In this document: positions 1-14,085 of the stretch, piece after piece
Numbering within the stretch: position 1 is the stretch's first letter
Layout: each line of letters starts with the position of its first letter
Source of the DNA: Eledone cirrhosa
Taxonomy: Eukaryota
Direction: 5' to 3'
DNA: 64,000 bases
Assembly: GCA_964016885.1 (NCBI GenBank)
Contig: OZ024740.1
Span: forward strand, 311,364,001 to 311,428,000
Made by a program: the position numbers and the translations under genes
Notes under the pieces: model-generated
Database searches by the model: none
What the model was told of the DNA's origin: nothing
The model's input: only the letters and a program-made list of their open reading frames with translations

Positions 1-660
1 GAAAAGAAGCAGAAGATTTACATCTAATATTTTTAAACCAGTTAATTACCTGGGAAGTGTTTTCCCAGAGTGGTAAATTAACGTGTTTTCTTATTTGTGG
101 GATGACTCTATCCAAAATTTTTTTGCTAATTATTCCAATATCAGATTTGGAGGGACATATAAGTCTTATAGAAAGATTTGAGTTAAAGTTTGATTTATGA
201 TCCTTCAGGTTGAAGTGTGGTCTTTTCAATGCCAAAGGTTCAGTTCTATCTTCAATGTTTAGTTTTTTTACTATGTTGTGTGTTTTGTTGTTGATGTTGG
301 TGAGTGACGCATTATTAGATTTTTTATAAAATTATAAAAAATCTAATAATGCGTCACTCACCAACATCAACAACAAAACACACAACATAGTAAAAAAACT
401 AAACATTGAAGATAGAACTGAACCTTTGGCATTGAAAAGACCACACTTCAACCTGAAGGATCATAAATCAAACTTTAACTCAAATCCTTCTATAAGACTT
501 ATATGTCCCTCCAAATCTGATATTGGAATAATTAGCAAAAAAATTTTGGATAGAGTCATCCCACAAATAAGAAAACACGTTAATTTACCACTCTGGGAAA
601 ACACTTCCCAGGTAATTAACTGGTTTAAAAATATTAGATGTAAATCTTCTGCTTCTTTTC
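1..660. repeat. Perfect fold-back palindrome (5' inversion of PLE-1); left arm runs off the window edge
   Basis: 1-329 is the reverse complement of 332-660 (e.g. 1-60 vs 601-660), with a 2-nt centre at 330-331. Confidence 0.97.
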
Positions 661-2304
661 TACAATTTGATATAGATAATTACTATTCTTCTATATCACC
701 TATACTCCTGAACAAAGCTTTGATATTTGCTAAAAATAGATCTAACTTAACTTTGGATGACATTAATATTATTACACATGCTAGACTAACACTTATTGAA
801 TTTCAGAATGAATACTGGACCAGAAACACATATAGTAATCTATTTGATATTACTATGGGTTCAAGCGATTCCGCCCAAATTACTGATCTTGTGGGCCTCT
901 TTCTTCTTTTCAACATAAATGCTTCCTTTCCCCACCTTAAAGGTGGTTTATATCGTGATGACTGTCTTCTTCTTTCCAACAACCTTAGCCTTTCAGAAAT
1001 AGAAAAAAACAAAAAGCTTATTAGAACTTTCCTTAAAGACTATTATAGTCTTCATATTACTTTTGAAAACACAAGTAAAGTAGTTAATTTCCTAGATATA
1101 ACTTTAGACTTAGCTACGGGTATCTACCAACCTTACCATAAACCCAACCAAAACTTACACTACATACACTCACAATCTAATCACCCTAAATCTATCCTTA
1201 AAAACCTTGCATATAATATATCACTTAGAATTTCTAACCTTTCGTCTAACCAAGATGTATTTGATAAAAATGCGACCTTCTATAACGAAGCTCTAGATAG
1301 AAGTGGCCACAAAAATAGATTAGAATATATACCTTCTACTAAAAATACTATAAACATACAACCTAATATTACCAACAAACACCAAATGAAAAGTACACAC
1401 CTAAATGCCACCCACACTATACCCCAAAATACCAACAACTCCTCTAATATAAAGTATAGTAACTCTCAAAAAACTACTCATCATACAACTCTAATAAATG
1501 TTAATAATAAAACTCCTAATAAACAAGATAAAACACCTAAATCTATAAATCTAACTAAAAATGTGCGTGGTGAGATCATTAACATTAATCCCCCTAGTAA
1601 ACATCACGATACAACCTATAAAAATAATAAACAACATATTAACCGTAATAGACGAGTTACTTGGTATAATGCTCCATTTAATTTACAAATTAAGGATAAT
1701 ATTGCTAAAAAATTTTTTTATATCCTAGAGAAAAACTTCCCGCCAAACCACAAATACCATCAAATCTTAAATAGGTCAACAGTTAAATTCTCATACTCAA
1801 CAACCAAAAACATAAAACAAAATATAAGTGCCTATAATGCATATAAATGTAAGAATACCATAAGTATACCACCAATACATCAAACTAACCATAATATCTC
1901 CTCAAATACAGAATTAACGAAAGGTTGTAACTGTAGAAACAAAGCAAACTGCCCATTGAAAGGAAATTGTCTTGTTAACAACATAGTTTATAAATGTAAT
2001 GTTAAAACTAAAGATTCTATTTGCTCATATATAGGAGCTACTTCTAACAATTTTAAGGTAAGGTTTAATACCCACAAACATAGTTTTAAAAATGCCGCAC
2101 TAGCTAATACAACATCTCTAGCAGAAAAAATCAATAGTTATAAAAATAAGAATATAGAATATGATATGACCTGGAGTGTGCTCAAAAGAGCCACCCCTTA
2201 TCAAAATAATAGAAATGAATGTAGATTATGTTCCCAAGAACTATTTGAAATAATGAAATCTAAGGATATCCTATTAAATAAGCGACGGGAATTAATTATA
2301 TCGT

Positions 2305-3300
<996 letters not shown>

Positions 3301-3565
3301 ATTAAAATGCATAATTTTGCTTTCTTTCTTACATTTCCTAATACTGAAACTACTATGTAAACACATATTATGATCTAGATGCAATTTAATATTCTATGTT
3401 CCTTGAAACCTATATTTACTATAATCCCCTCCCCCCCCCCCCCTAAAATTATTTGTATTTGTAAGCGTGGATGTACGTATGTATATGTAGGTAGGTATGT
3501 ATGGTTGGGTGCTTGTATGTGAGTATAAAAATACATATGTGCGCATGTAAATAAGGGTGTATGAT

Positions 3566-3632
<67 letters not shown>

Positions 3633-3758
3633 GTATATATGTGTGTGTATATATATGTATGTATATATGTCTATGTGTATGTGTGTGTATGTATATATAT
3701 GCGTATGTGTGCATGTATATGTGAGTATATATATATATATATTTGTAGTTGATGTGTG

Positions 3759-3798
<40 letters not shown>

Positions 3799-3861
3799 AG
3801 TGCATAATTGTCTGACTGTGTGTATTTATTTATTTATTTATTTATTTATTTTATATATATG

Positions 3862-3947
<86 letters not shown>

Positions 3948-3950
<3 letters not shown>

Positions 3951-6340
3951 AATCACCAGGCCTCAAACGATCACTCAGTTACATACAAAAATTCTGCCTA
4001 AGAAAACTCATACAACACCTACACCGCACGCTACAACATCACATACGGACTATCTCCAGCCTTGTACCACAACTCGCTGAAACCCCAGAACCTCTGTCCA
4101 AGGTCATCTCCGCCACTATAGACAGGTCATACCACCACCGCCGAGACTACGAGAAAATACGCCTAAAACAAAAATTTCTCAAACTCAGGACGGCCAACTG
4201 TCTTAACAACATCCCAACGCTAAACACCAACAGAGGCGAACAATACGTTACCAACACCGAACCTAGCGGCACCCCGACCAACAACACACCTGACGCAAAA
4301 CACCTCGCCACAGACTTGACAGGATCCCTCTCCCGAGAGGAATTAGACCTCCTCAGCCTGGGTCCCAAGTTCATATTGAAACAGAGACTGGACGACAGAC
4401 TATGGCTCGACATAGAAACGAATTTCTGTCGGACTGCCTACCAACTGAAATGGATATCGACTCTCGACAACAACACCACGGAATCCACCACACCCAGATT
4501 CCCGATATACCAACTAGATCGCCCACTCTATCCACCGCCCGCCAACCGCGAGCTGGAAGAAAAACTCTCGAGGCTAAAACATTCCGTATTTAACATCTTA
4601 CGGAAACAGAAGAAGATGGCCCCTAACCTCTCCAGGACACAACAACTCGCCCTGAAGAACCTACGGAATAAAGAACTTATTTACTTACCATCCGACAAAG
4701 GTAAAGAGTTCTGCGTCATCTCTCAAGCCACATACAATAACCTAGCCTTCGAACACCTAAGCGACAGTGAACTGTACACAGTGATCCCGGACATGACCGC
4801 AGCCCAAATCGAAAAACAGACCAACTCCATTTGGTTCGATATCTGTAGGAGAAGACAACTCCCGAATAAAATTAAACTCAACTACACCACTAGAAATAGC
4901 AGACTGCCCACTTTCTACCACCTCATCAAGACCCACAAGAATAGCACTAAGACGCATATAAGACCCATCGTCTCTAGCATAGAAGGACCCCTATACAAAA
5001 TTTCCTGGCTTCTCTCCCAGGTCCTCAAGCCTCTACTCTCCACCTTCCCCGGACATGTCAGTAGCTCCGACGAAGTTATACGTAGATTACACCAACTCCA
5101 GCCAGAACAACTTAAACTTAATAAATACGCTTTTAGCCTCGACGTTGTCTCCCTCTACACTACAGTCCCCGCTCACCCAGCTGTCGATTTATTGACGGAC
5201 TGCGTGGTCGCAGAGAACATCCACTGCTACGGCCTCCACCCGACGGACATACACCAACTTTTGTCCTTCACAGTCGACAACACGTACTTCACCTTCCACC
5301 ACCACACATACAGACAGACAACAGGATTACCCATGGGATCCAGCCTCTCTGGCCTGCTGGCCATCACTTACATGAACCAACTAGAATGCCGAGCCCTCAA
5401 CACCTGCCATTCCCATGCCTTCTTCACCCGATATGTAGATGACATACTCATCCTTACATCATCCCGTGAGGAGGCAGAGAAAATATACACAACATTCTCC
5501 AGCATGGACGCCAGTATAAAGTTCAGCATAGAACACCCCGATGACCGCGGATCCCTATCCCTGCTGGACTTCCAACTCAGGGTAACAGAGGAAGGCAACA
5601 TCCACACCTGCTTCTATAAAAAAGCCGCCAGCAGGGACCTGTTCGTACATTTCAGATCGGCCCTCCCACTCGGTGCCAAGTTCGGATACATAAAGAACGA
5701 ACTGGCACGTATCAAGAACAAATGCACCGACGCCAGAGACCGAGACACACACACCACACATTTCCTGGAAGTACTCAAACTGAACGGATACACGACATCC
5801 ACCACAAACCGTGCCAGAAAGAACAGAGGACACCACACCCGAGGCACTAACACTTGCTTCCTGAAGCTCCCACACTTCAGTGAAGAAACAACAACAGCCA
5901 TCCGCAGAGCCATCAGACGAGAAGGTCTGGATATTCAACTGGCCCATTCGGGTCCTTCTTTGCGTGGACGGCTAGCTAAGAGACACTCCACCAGACATGA
6001 CAACTGCTGCAGACTAGCCAACTGCCCCATCAACGACACAGACCTATGCCACCAGGCTTACGTAGTTTACAGACTAGAGTGTGACAAATGCAACAACTTC
6101 TACGTAGGTAGCACCACCAGACCACTCCACATAAGAATAAAAGAACACCTCAATACTAACGCTTCCTCATTTAAGAAACACCTAGTTAAATGCAAAAACA
6201 CTGATAAAAACATAACAGTTAGGATAGAAACTAAGGAAAGAAACCTCGGCAATCTTAGAATCAAGGAAGCACTCATTATAGATAGAACACATCCACCAAT
6301 CAATAATAGACTAGAGCTCAACACCCAATTTATAACCTGA
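3948..6340 (+). pseudogene. 5'-truncated copy of the PLE-2 ORF
   Basis: Matches 7099-9491. The N-terminus of the 846-aa track ORF is translated microsatellite. Confidence 0.9.
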
Positions 6341-6731
6341 TAGGGCCTCTAGCCCCACTTTACACACTTTACACACCCCACACACACGCACGCGCACACC
6401 TCCACTTATTCTCTCTCACACATACACACACAAAACCAGTTCTAACACCAGATAACACCTACCCCCCACTTTTACGATTAGACCTATCTTCCCACACTCA
6501 CACACACACACCCACATACCTACACCTTCATGCTTTCTCCCACACACATATACAGGCACGCTTATAAAATTTAAAAAAACACAACAAAAACATAAACAAA
6601 CCCCTCTTAAAGGGAGACTACTCTTTACCCACCTAATTTTAATTCTTTGATATTAAAGTTAGAACTCTATACTATTTCCGGTCAGCATGGCTTCATTGGA
6701 AATTTAGACGCTGGTCTGAGACTTTTACTTC

Positions 6732-6766
6732 CCTCCGAAGAAGAGATATTATCTCGAAAATTAAGG
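6732..6766 (+). ncRNA. Minimal type I hammerhead-like motif in the PLE-2 pLTR (U4C variant)
   Basis: cct-CCGAAGA-a-gagat/att/atctc-GAAA-at-TA-agg, followed by aaataaa. Confidence 0.55.
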
Positions 6767-6908
6767 ACATTTAAATAAATTCAAGGTGAAAGACGAATTC
6801 TCATCAATATCTTTCACTATTGCATTCTTTTTTTTTTTTTTTCTATGTCCATATCTGCATTGTCTTGGCCTTATTACACATATTCTAACGTTTATACCTC
6901 ATTACACA

Positions 6909-9491
6909 ATGCTTCAAGTGAACTATAACCTCCTCCTTTCATTACGCCTGAGCCAGGCCCAGTTCACAACTGTAAAGAAACTCTTCCAGCTATCTGAAAA
7001 GCGCGCCAAAGCCGGCTGCCAAATAAATTTCCTAAAACGATGCCTGAATAACAACATCATTCCCAAAACCATCAAAAATTTACACCTACCAACATGCTTC
7101 AAATCACCAGGCCTCAAACGATCACTCAGTTACATACAAAAATTCTGCCTAAGAAAACTCATACAACACCTACACCGCACGCTACAACATCACATACGGA
7201 CTATCTCCAGCCTTGTACCACAACTCGCTGAAACCCCAGAACCTCTGTCCAAGGTCATCTCCGCCACTATAGACAGGTCATACCACCACCGCCGAGACTA
7301 CGAGAAAATACGCCTAAAACAAAAATTTCTCAAACTCAGGACGGCCAACTGTCTTAACAACATCCCAACGCTAAACACCAACAGAGGCGAACAATACGTT
7401 ACCAACACCGAACCTAGCGGCACCCCGACCAACAACACACCTGACGCAAAACACCTCGCCACAGACTTGACAGGATCCCTCTCCCGAGAGGAATTAGACC
7501 TCCTCAGCCTGGGTCCCAAGTTCATATTGAAACAGAGACTGGACGACAGACTATGGCTCGACATAGAAACGAATTTCTGTCGGACTGCCTACCAACTGAA
7601 ATGGATATCGACTCTCGACAACAACACCACGGAATCCACCACACCCAGATTCCCGATATACCAACTAGATCGCCCACTCTATCCACCGCCCGCCAACCGC
7701 GAGCTGGAAGAAAAACTCTCGAGGCTAAAACATTCCGTATTTAACATCTTACGGAAACAGAAGAAGATGGCCCCTAACCTCTCCAGGACACAACAACTCG
7801 CCCTGAAGAACCTACGGAATAAAGAACTTATTTACTTACCATCCGACAAAGGTAAAGAGTTCTGCGTCATCTCTCAAGCCACATACAATAACCTAGCCTT
7901 CGAACACCTAAGCGACAGTGAACTGTACACAGTGATCCCGGACATGACCGCAGCCCAAATCGAAAAACAGACCAACTCCATTTGGTTCGATATCTGTAGG
8001 AGAAGACAACTCCCGAATAAAATTAAACTCAACTACACCACTAGAAATAGCAGACTGCCCACTTTCTACCACCTCATCAAGACCCACAAGAATAGCACTA
8101 AGACGCATATAAGACCCATCGTCTCTAGCATAGAAGGACCCCTATACAAAATTTCCTGGCTTCTCTCCCAGGTCCTCAAGCCTCTACTCTCCACCTTCCC
8201 CGGACATGTCAGTAGCTCCGACGAAGTTATACGTAGATTACACCAACTCCAGCCAGAACAACTTAAACTTAATAAATACGCTTTTAGCCTCGACGTTGTC
8301 TCCCTCTACACTACAGTCCCCGCTCACCCAGCTGTCGATTTATTGACGGACTGCGTGGTCGCAGAGAACATCCACTGCTACGGCCTCCACCCGACGGACA
8401 TACACCAACTTTTGTCCTTCACAGTCGACAACACGTACTTCACCTTCCACCACCACACATACAGACAGACAACAGGATTACCCATGGGATCCAGCCTCTC
8501 TGGCCTGCTGGCCATCACTTACATGAACCAACTAGAATGCCGAGCCCTCAACACCTGCCATTCCCATGCCTTCTTCACCCGATATGTAGATGACATACTC
8601 ATCCTTACATCATCCCGTGAGGAGGCAGAGAAAATATACACAACATTCTCCAGCATGGACGCCAGTATAAAGTTCAGCATAGAACACCCCGATGACCGCG
8701 GATCCCTATCCCTGCTGGACTTCCAACTCAGGGTAACAGAGGAAGGCAACATCCACACCTGCTTCTATAAAAAAGCCGCCAGCAGGGACCTGTTCGTACA
8801 TTTCAGATCGGCCCTCCCACTCGGTGCCAAGTTCGGATACATAAAGAACGAACTGGCACGTATCAAGAACAAATGCACCGACGCCAGAGACCGAGACACA
8901 CACACCACACATTTCCTGGAAGTACTCAAACTGAACGGATACACGACATCCACCACAAACCGTGCCAGAAAGAACAGAGGACACCACACCCGAGGCACTA
9001 ACACTTGCTTCCTGAAGCTCCCACACTTCAGTGAAGAAACAACAACAGCCATCCGCAGAGCCATCAGACGAGAAGGTCTGGATATTCAACTGGCCCATTC
9101 GGGTCCTTCTTTGCGTGGACGGCTAGCTAAGAGACACTCCACCAGACATGACAACTGCTGCAGACTAGCCAACTGCCCCATCAACGACACAGACCTATGC
9201 CACCAGGCTTACGTAGTTTACAGACTAGAGTGTGACAAATGCAACAACTTCTACGTAGGTAGCACCACCAGACCACTCCACATAAGAATAAAAGAACACC
9301 TCAATACTAACGCTTCCTCATTTAAGAGACACCTAGTTAAATGCAAAAACACTGATAAAAACATAACAGTTAGGATAGAAACTAAGGAAAGAAACCTCGG
9401 CAATCTTAGAATCAAGGAAGCACTCATTATAGATAGAACACATCCACCAATCAATAATAGACTAGAGCTCAACACCCAATTTATAACCTGA
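6909..9491 (+). CDS. Intact PLE-2 RT + GIY-YIG endonuclease (~860 aa from ATG 6909), Nematis/Neptune-like
   Basis: Motifs LSLGPKF, PSDKG, IKTHK..RPIVS, SLDVVSLYT, GLPMGS.LSG, RYVDD, LLDF, a Cys-rich linker, VVY.LEC..C..YVGST.R.L..RIKEH..H (CCHH) and KEA..I...P.IN. Confidence 0.95.
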   Translation: MLQVNYNLLLSLRLSQAQFTTVKKLFQLSEKRAKAGCQINFLKRCLNNNIIPKTIKNLHLPTCFKSPGLKRSLSYIQKFCLRKLIQHLHRTLQHHIRTISSLVPQLAETPEPLSKVISATIDRSYHHRRDYEKIRLKQKFLKLRTANCLNNIPTLNTNRGEQYVTNTEPSGTPTNNTPDAKHLATDLTGSLSREELDLLSLGPKFILKQRLDDRLWLDIETNFCRTAYQLKWISTLDNNTTESTTPRFPIYQLDRPLYPPPANRELEEKLSRLKHSVFNILRKQKKMAPNLSRTQQLALKNLRNKELIYLPSDKGKEFCVISQATYNNLAFEHLSDSELYTVIPDMTAAQIEKQTNSIWFDICRRRQLPNKIKLNYTTRNSRLPTFYHLIKTHKNSTKTHIRPIVSSIEGPLYKISWLLSQVLKPLLSTFPGHVSSSDEVIRRLHQLQPEQLKLNKYAFSLDVVSLYTTVPAHPAVDLLTDCVVAENIHCYGLHPTDIHQLLSFTVDNTYFTFHHHTYRQTTGLPMGSSLSGLLAITYMNQLECRALNTCHSHAFFTRYVDDILILTSSREEAEKIYTTFSSMDASIKFSIEHPDDRGSLSLLDFQLRVTEEGNIHTCFYKKAASRDLFVHFRSALPLGAKFGYIKNELARIKNKCTDARDRDTHTTHFLEVLKLNGYTTSTTNRARKNRGHHTRGTNTCFLKLPHFSEETTTAIRRAIRREGLDIQLAHSGPSLRGRLAKRHSTRHDNCCRLANCPINDTDLCHQAYVVYRLECDKCNNFYVGSTTRPLHIRIKEHLNTNASSFKRHLVKCKNTDKNITVRIETKERNLGNLRIKEALIIDRTHPPINNRLELNTQFIT

Positions 9492-9872
9492 TAGGGCCTC
9501 TAGCCCCACTTTACACACCCCACACACACGCACGCGCACACCTCCACTTATTCTCTCTCACACATACACACACAAAACCAGTTCTAACACCAGATAACAC
9601 CTACCCCCCACTTTTACGATTAGACCTATCTTCCCACACTCACACACACACACCACATACCTACACCTTCATGCTTTCTCCCACACACATATACAGGCAC
9701 GCTTATAAAATTTAAAAAAACACAACAAAAACATAAACAAACCCCTCTTAAAGGGAGACTACTCTTTACCCACCTAATTTTAATTCTTTGATATTAAAGT
9801 TAGAACTCTATACTATTTCCGGTCAGCATGGCTTCATTGGAAATTTAGACGCTGGTCTGAGACTTTTACTTC

Positions 9873-9907
9873 CCTCCGAAGAAGAGATATTATCTCGAAA
9901 ATTAAGG
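9873..9907 (+). ncRNA. Second copy of the PLE-2 minimal hammerhead-like motif
   Basis: Identical to 6732-6766. Confidence 0.55.
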
Positions 9908-10194
9908 ACATTTAAATAAATTCAAGGTGAAAGACGAATTCTCATCAATATCTTTCACTATTGCATTCTTTTTTTTTTTTTTTCTATGTCCATATCTGCA
10001 TTGTCTTGGCCTTATTACACATATTCTAACGTTTATACCTCATTACACAATGCTTCAAGTGAACTATAACCTCCTCCATATATATATATGTATATATGTG
10101 TATGTATATGTGTGTGTGTGTGTATATATATTTATGTGTGTATATATATCTATATATATATATATATATATATAGATATATATAGATATAGATA

Positions 10195-10266
<72 letters not shown>

Positions 10267-10421
10267 TGTATGTATATCTCTTTATTTATGTATGTCTGAG
10301 TTGTGTGAGCGTGTAGTTCTATGTGTATATGCATACATGGATGTGTGTGTGTGTATATATATGCGTATATGTATGTGTATGTGTGTGTGTGTATATATAT
10401 GTGTATGTATGTATGTATATG

Positions 10422-10461
<40 letters not shown>

Positions 10462-11369
10462 TATGTATATGTGTGTGTGTATATGTGTGTGTGTATGTGT
10501 GTGTGTGTGTATATATATATATGGGTATGTATGTGTATGTGTGTATGTACATGTGTGTGTGTATATATGTATATATATATATATGTGTGTTGTGAATATG
10601 TATATATATATATATATGTGTGTATGTATATGTGTCTATGTATTTATATGTGTATATGTATGTGTCTCTATATATATGTGTGTGTATATATATGTATATA
10701 TATGTGTATATATATATATATATATATGTATGTATATATGTATATATATATATATATATCGATGTGTATTTTATATTTTACTTGTTTATATATATATATT
10801 TTTTTAATATTCTTCTTTTTATTTCTAAATTTATAGATACATTTTTAAATAGGCAGTTTGTCTGACACCCGTAAATACTGACACCCCCCCCCCACCTACT
10901 TTCTGTATCTGGATCTAAATATATGTGGCAGTGCTTATGTGCGCGCCTTAATGTCCATATGCTTATGATAATAATATATACACATATATGTGTGTGTGTG
11001 GGGGGGGGGGGTGTATGTTCGTGGTTATGTGTATGTTTACGCGTATATACGCGTGTGTGTGTGAATGTATGTTTATGTGTGTATATATGAATGTATATAT
11101 GTTTATATACGTATATGTATTTTATCTGTAGATTATGGACATACAGAGACATTAGCCCTGAATTTTTGTATTTACATACATTTTTTCGACATGCGTATGC
11201 ATGTGAACATATATTTTTATGCATATCTGTGAACGAAGTTACTTACATATATACATACACCTAACTGTATTTTCTGGATATATTTTTTGTGTATTTCATT
11301 GGTCAATTTGAACTCTGTTCCCAAACAGACCTGTAATTTTGAATTGTTGTTATTATCAATAAATATATT

Positions 11370-11520
11370 TCATTATTTCTGAAGACGGCATATATATGTG
11401 TTGGTATGTATATTAAATTTGATAGTTTGTATAATTTTCTATAATTTTGTACATAGATCTGTTGAATATGCATGCCAATTCTAACACATATATGTCCTAG
11501 AAACGATCGTTAAATAATGA
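11370..11520 (+). ncRNA. Type I hammerhead ribozyme with ~114-nt stem II
   Basis: Stem I tcattattt/aaataatga, core CTGAAGA 11379-85, GAAA 11500-03, palindromic cgatcg, then TT (predicted cleavage after 11511). Confidence 0.8.
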
Positions 11521-11575
11521 ACTTTTTTTGTTTAATATAAGGAACTGTTTCATTGTTTTATTCATTTTTTTTTAA

Positions 11576-11622
<47 letters not shown>

Positions 11623-12089
11623 GTAGAACGCTGGAAGGTAATATCCGTAGTTGTAGAGCACTCAGTCCATGGGACGAGTTAGGTAGAAGTGGTTACACAA
11701 CAGTTAGTTTACCATACCGAGAACAATTGTTTCACCTTAGCGGATCCTCAGCTCGTGGACATGGCTATATGGAACATGGTTATATAGACATGGTTATATG
11801 GAACAGGCAGGACAACCGTACGAACGTGCATGGGCAGAAAACGATCACTTCACACAGGCAATACTAAATTGCGTGCGAGAGGTGTAAGGGAGATAACTGC
11901 GAAAGTCCGAAAGTTTCTCGTTGATAAGAAAATTAGAATGTTGTTGTAATTCAATCCGGAGCTTTGTAGTTATGTAAGAGGTGTTTCCAGACGTGTGGAC
12001 AACTTGTGAAGAATTCATTTCTTGGGTTTAGGCAACACTATTGCGTAATCTCTTTAGAATATTTATTCGTTCATCAATACATAGTCCAC

Positions 12090-13130
12090 ACGACAAGGGG
12101 CAATCCGTCATGTACGACAACCAGAGATACCAGAGTGTCATGTTCCCTGGAGGGAAATTAGCTAACCAGTGTAGAAAGGCCCTGAGAAAGACCCACCTAA
12201 AGATTAAGGAGGTAGAAAAGCCAGGAACCACCATAAAATCCCCGATCAGCAAACCATACCCTTTTTAAGAAAAGTCACTGTACTAATAGGAAATGTATTA
12301 TATGTAAAGTAAACCCCCGGATAAACTGTAAAACTAGAAACGTAGTCTATAGCATAAGATGTACAGAGGGTACTTGCAGAAACATGACAACAACATACAT
12401 AGGTGAGAGAGCTCGTAGCATAGGTGAAAGGATAGACCAACACTTGGGGGAACTAAAAAGAAGAAAAAACGGTTCAGTACTATACGAACACGCCAGACGG
12501 TAACATAGACAACATAGAAATTAAAATAATATCTAAACATAGAAATGATCCAGCAGATAGGCAAATCAGAGAGGCCAGTGAAATAGAACTTAGAAGGCCA
12601 AAGCTAAACAGAAAAAATGAATGGAATAACAACAACACCCAAACAAACAATACTGACCTAAGAAAAATATAAATAAATAAATAAATAAATATATACACAA
12701 GCACAATAACAACAAACACATATAAACACACGCTAGTAAACTAAGATAGAATACAATAACCAAAACACAGTCACCAAAACGCGAACACACATCAAACACT
12801 ATACACACACGCAAACGCATGCGCAGAGAAGAAGACAAAAATAAATAAATAATAAATAGATTAAATAAAGATGGCGTAGACATACAATACAACAGGAGGA
12901 AACATAATAGCACCACTGACGATGTTGCAGATGTGCAACGAAAGAACTTTGATAGACTATATATATGTGTTTGTGTCTATATTATATCTGTATTTTTTAC
13001 CGTTGGTCAGTCAATGGTAAACATTGAGGACCGAATAAATTAACTGATATAAAAGATACAGAAGCAAAAACCAACCAAACTGTGAGTGTGTTCTGTTATT
13101 AATTCTGGGAATATTATTACAACAATATGA
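12090..13130 (+). mobile_element. Decayed PLE-3 3' remnant (linker + GIY-YIG + 3' UTR)
   Basis: Frameshifted translation gives PGGKL..KEVEKPG..PF..CTNRKCIIC..NCKTRNVVYSIRC..C..YIGE..RSIGERI..H..EH..RQIREA..I..PKLNRKNEW. Confidence 0.8.
12912..13010 (+). ncRNA. Degenerate hammerhead motif in the PLE-3 3' UTR
   Basis: acca-CTGACGA-t-gttgca/gatg/tgcaac-GAAA, then a long stem III (atagac/gtctat); the UH-stem I closure is imperfect. Confidence 0.55.
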
Positions 13131-13136
13131 CCTTCC

Positions 13137-13184
<48 letters not shown>

Positions 13185-13189
<5 letters not shown>

Positions 13190-14015
13190 TGTACTAGTTA
13201 TGGCGGACTTCAGAGATTTTATAGTGTTATTGGAGCGTTGATTGACTTCCCTCTTGACTACGTTCAGTACGTTATAGTCCAATGGACTCAGGTGTGGAGA
13301 GCTAGGAGGCAATATGTTGACGTGATCGTGGAGATTGTAACTCATCCATTCTTGAGTGGTCGTGGCCTTATGAGACGCGTACAGTCTTGTTGGTAGGTAT
13401 GCAGTCTTCCTTTGTTGGCACTCTCTAACCAAGACCTCACAACCCTCTCCAAAACATAGTCAGCGGCATTGAGGAAAGAAGTGAAGAAGCATTGACAACT
13501 CCTTCATTGCTTACTACTCGCAGAACCATCACATTTCCCGGAAACCTTGTGTGCATGACCGTTGGAACATCTTTAGGTTCTCTGCATAACCATCTGTTAT
13601 TCCATCAATTGACCTTTTGGTCCTGATCGACGTTTTTCATCAGAGAAAAAACAAAGTATTCCAGTCTCTTCATATTTTAACTTGCTCGACAAGAGTTTTA
13701 CGCTGATGAGACAATTATCTATTGGCTTTGCAGACACGTATTGTCATTTCCGCATTATATATGACTTGTATCGAAGGTCCTCATGTAAAATTCAAGTGTG
13801 CCATGAAATGTTGAGCTCCTTAGAAATCGTGCTAATTGACTTTCTGAAGTTCTTATCGATAGGTCTCTGCATCTTTCATACAAATGTCGATGTTCTGGTG
13901 TTATTAGGAGCCTTAGCAACCGTTTTATGTTGGGCTACTTCTGTAGAATCCACGTCAGCGTCTTCCAGTTCTTTGCGAACTTTGACAACAAACTTTTTTC
14001 TAAGTTGTTCTGATT
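13185..14015 (-). mobile_element. Tc1/mariner (DD37D/maT-like) transposase remnant
   Basis: Minus-strand FSDEK at ~13636-13650, QQ..A..H.A region and PPSSPHLSPLDY (cf. WPPSSPDLNPLDY); frameshifted. Confidence 0.8.
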
Positions 14016-14025
14016 ATCATTTATT

Positions 14026-14085
<60 letters not shown>

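Larger units (their letters stand above)
3948..10077 (+). mobile_element. PLE-2: Penelope-like retroelement in partial tandem (5'-truncated copy + full copy + pLTR) inserted in (TA)n
   Basis: Direct-repeat period is 3151/3141 bp and both ends abut TA tracts. It ends after the first 9 codons of a third ORF start (MLQVNYNLL). Copies differ by 1 visible ORF change (K/R) and 9-bp + 1-bp UTR indels. Confidence 0.95.

Noticed and set aside
3394-3947. YIYI/VCVC/HTHT/ERER ORFs here and throughout the window
   Set aside because: They are translations of TA, TG and AG microsatellites
6786-6908. 41-aa N-terminal extension of the PLE-2 ORF (GTG start)
   Set aside because: Runs through a poly-T tract in the pLTR; ATG 6909 is the more plausible eukaryotic start
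11620-12090. GC-richer block upstream of the PLE-3 remnant
   Set aside because: May be an inverted part of PLE-3, but no motif could be identified
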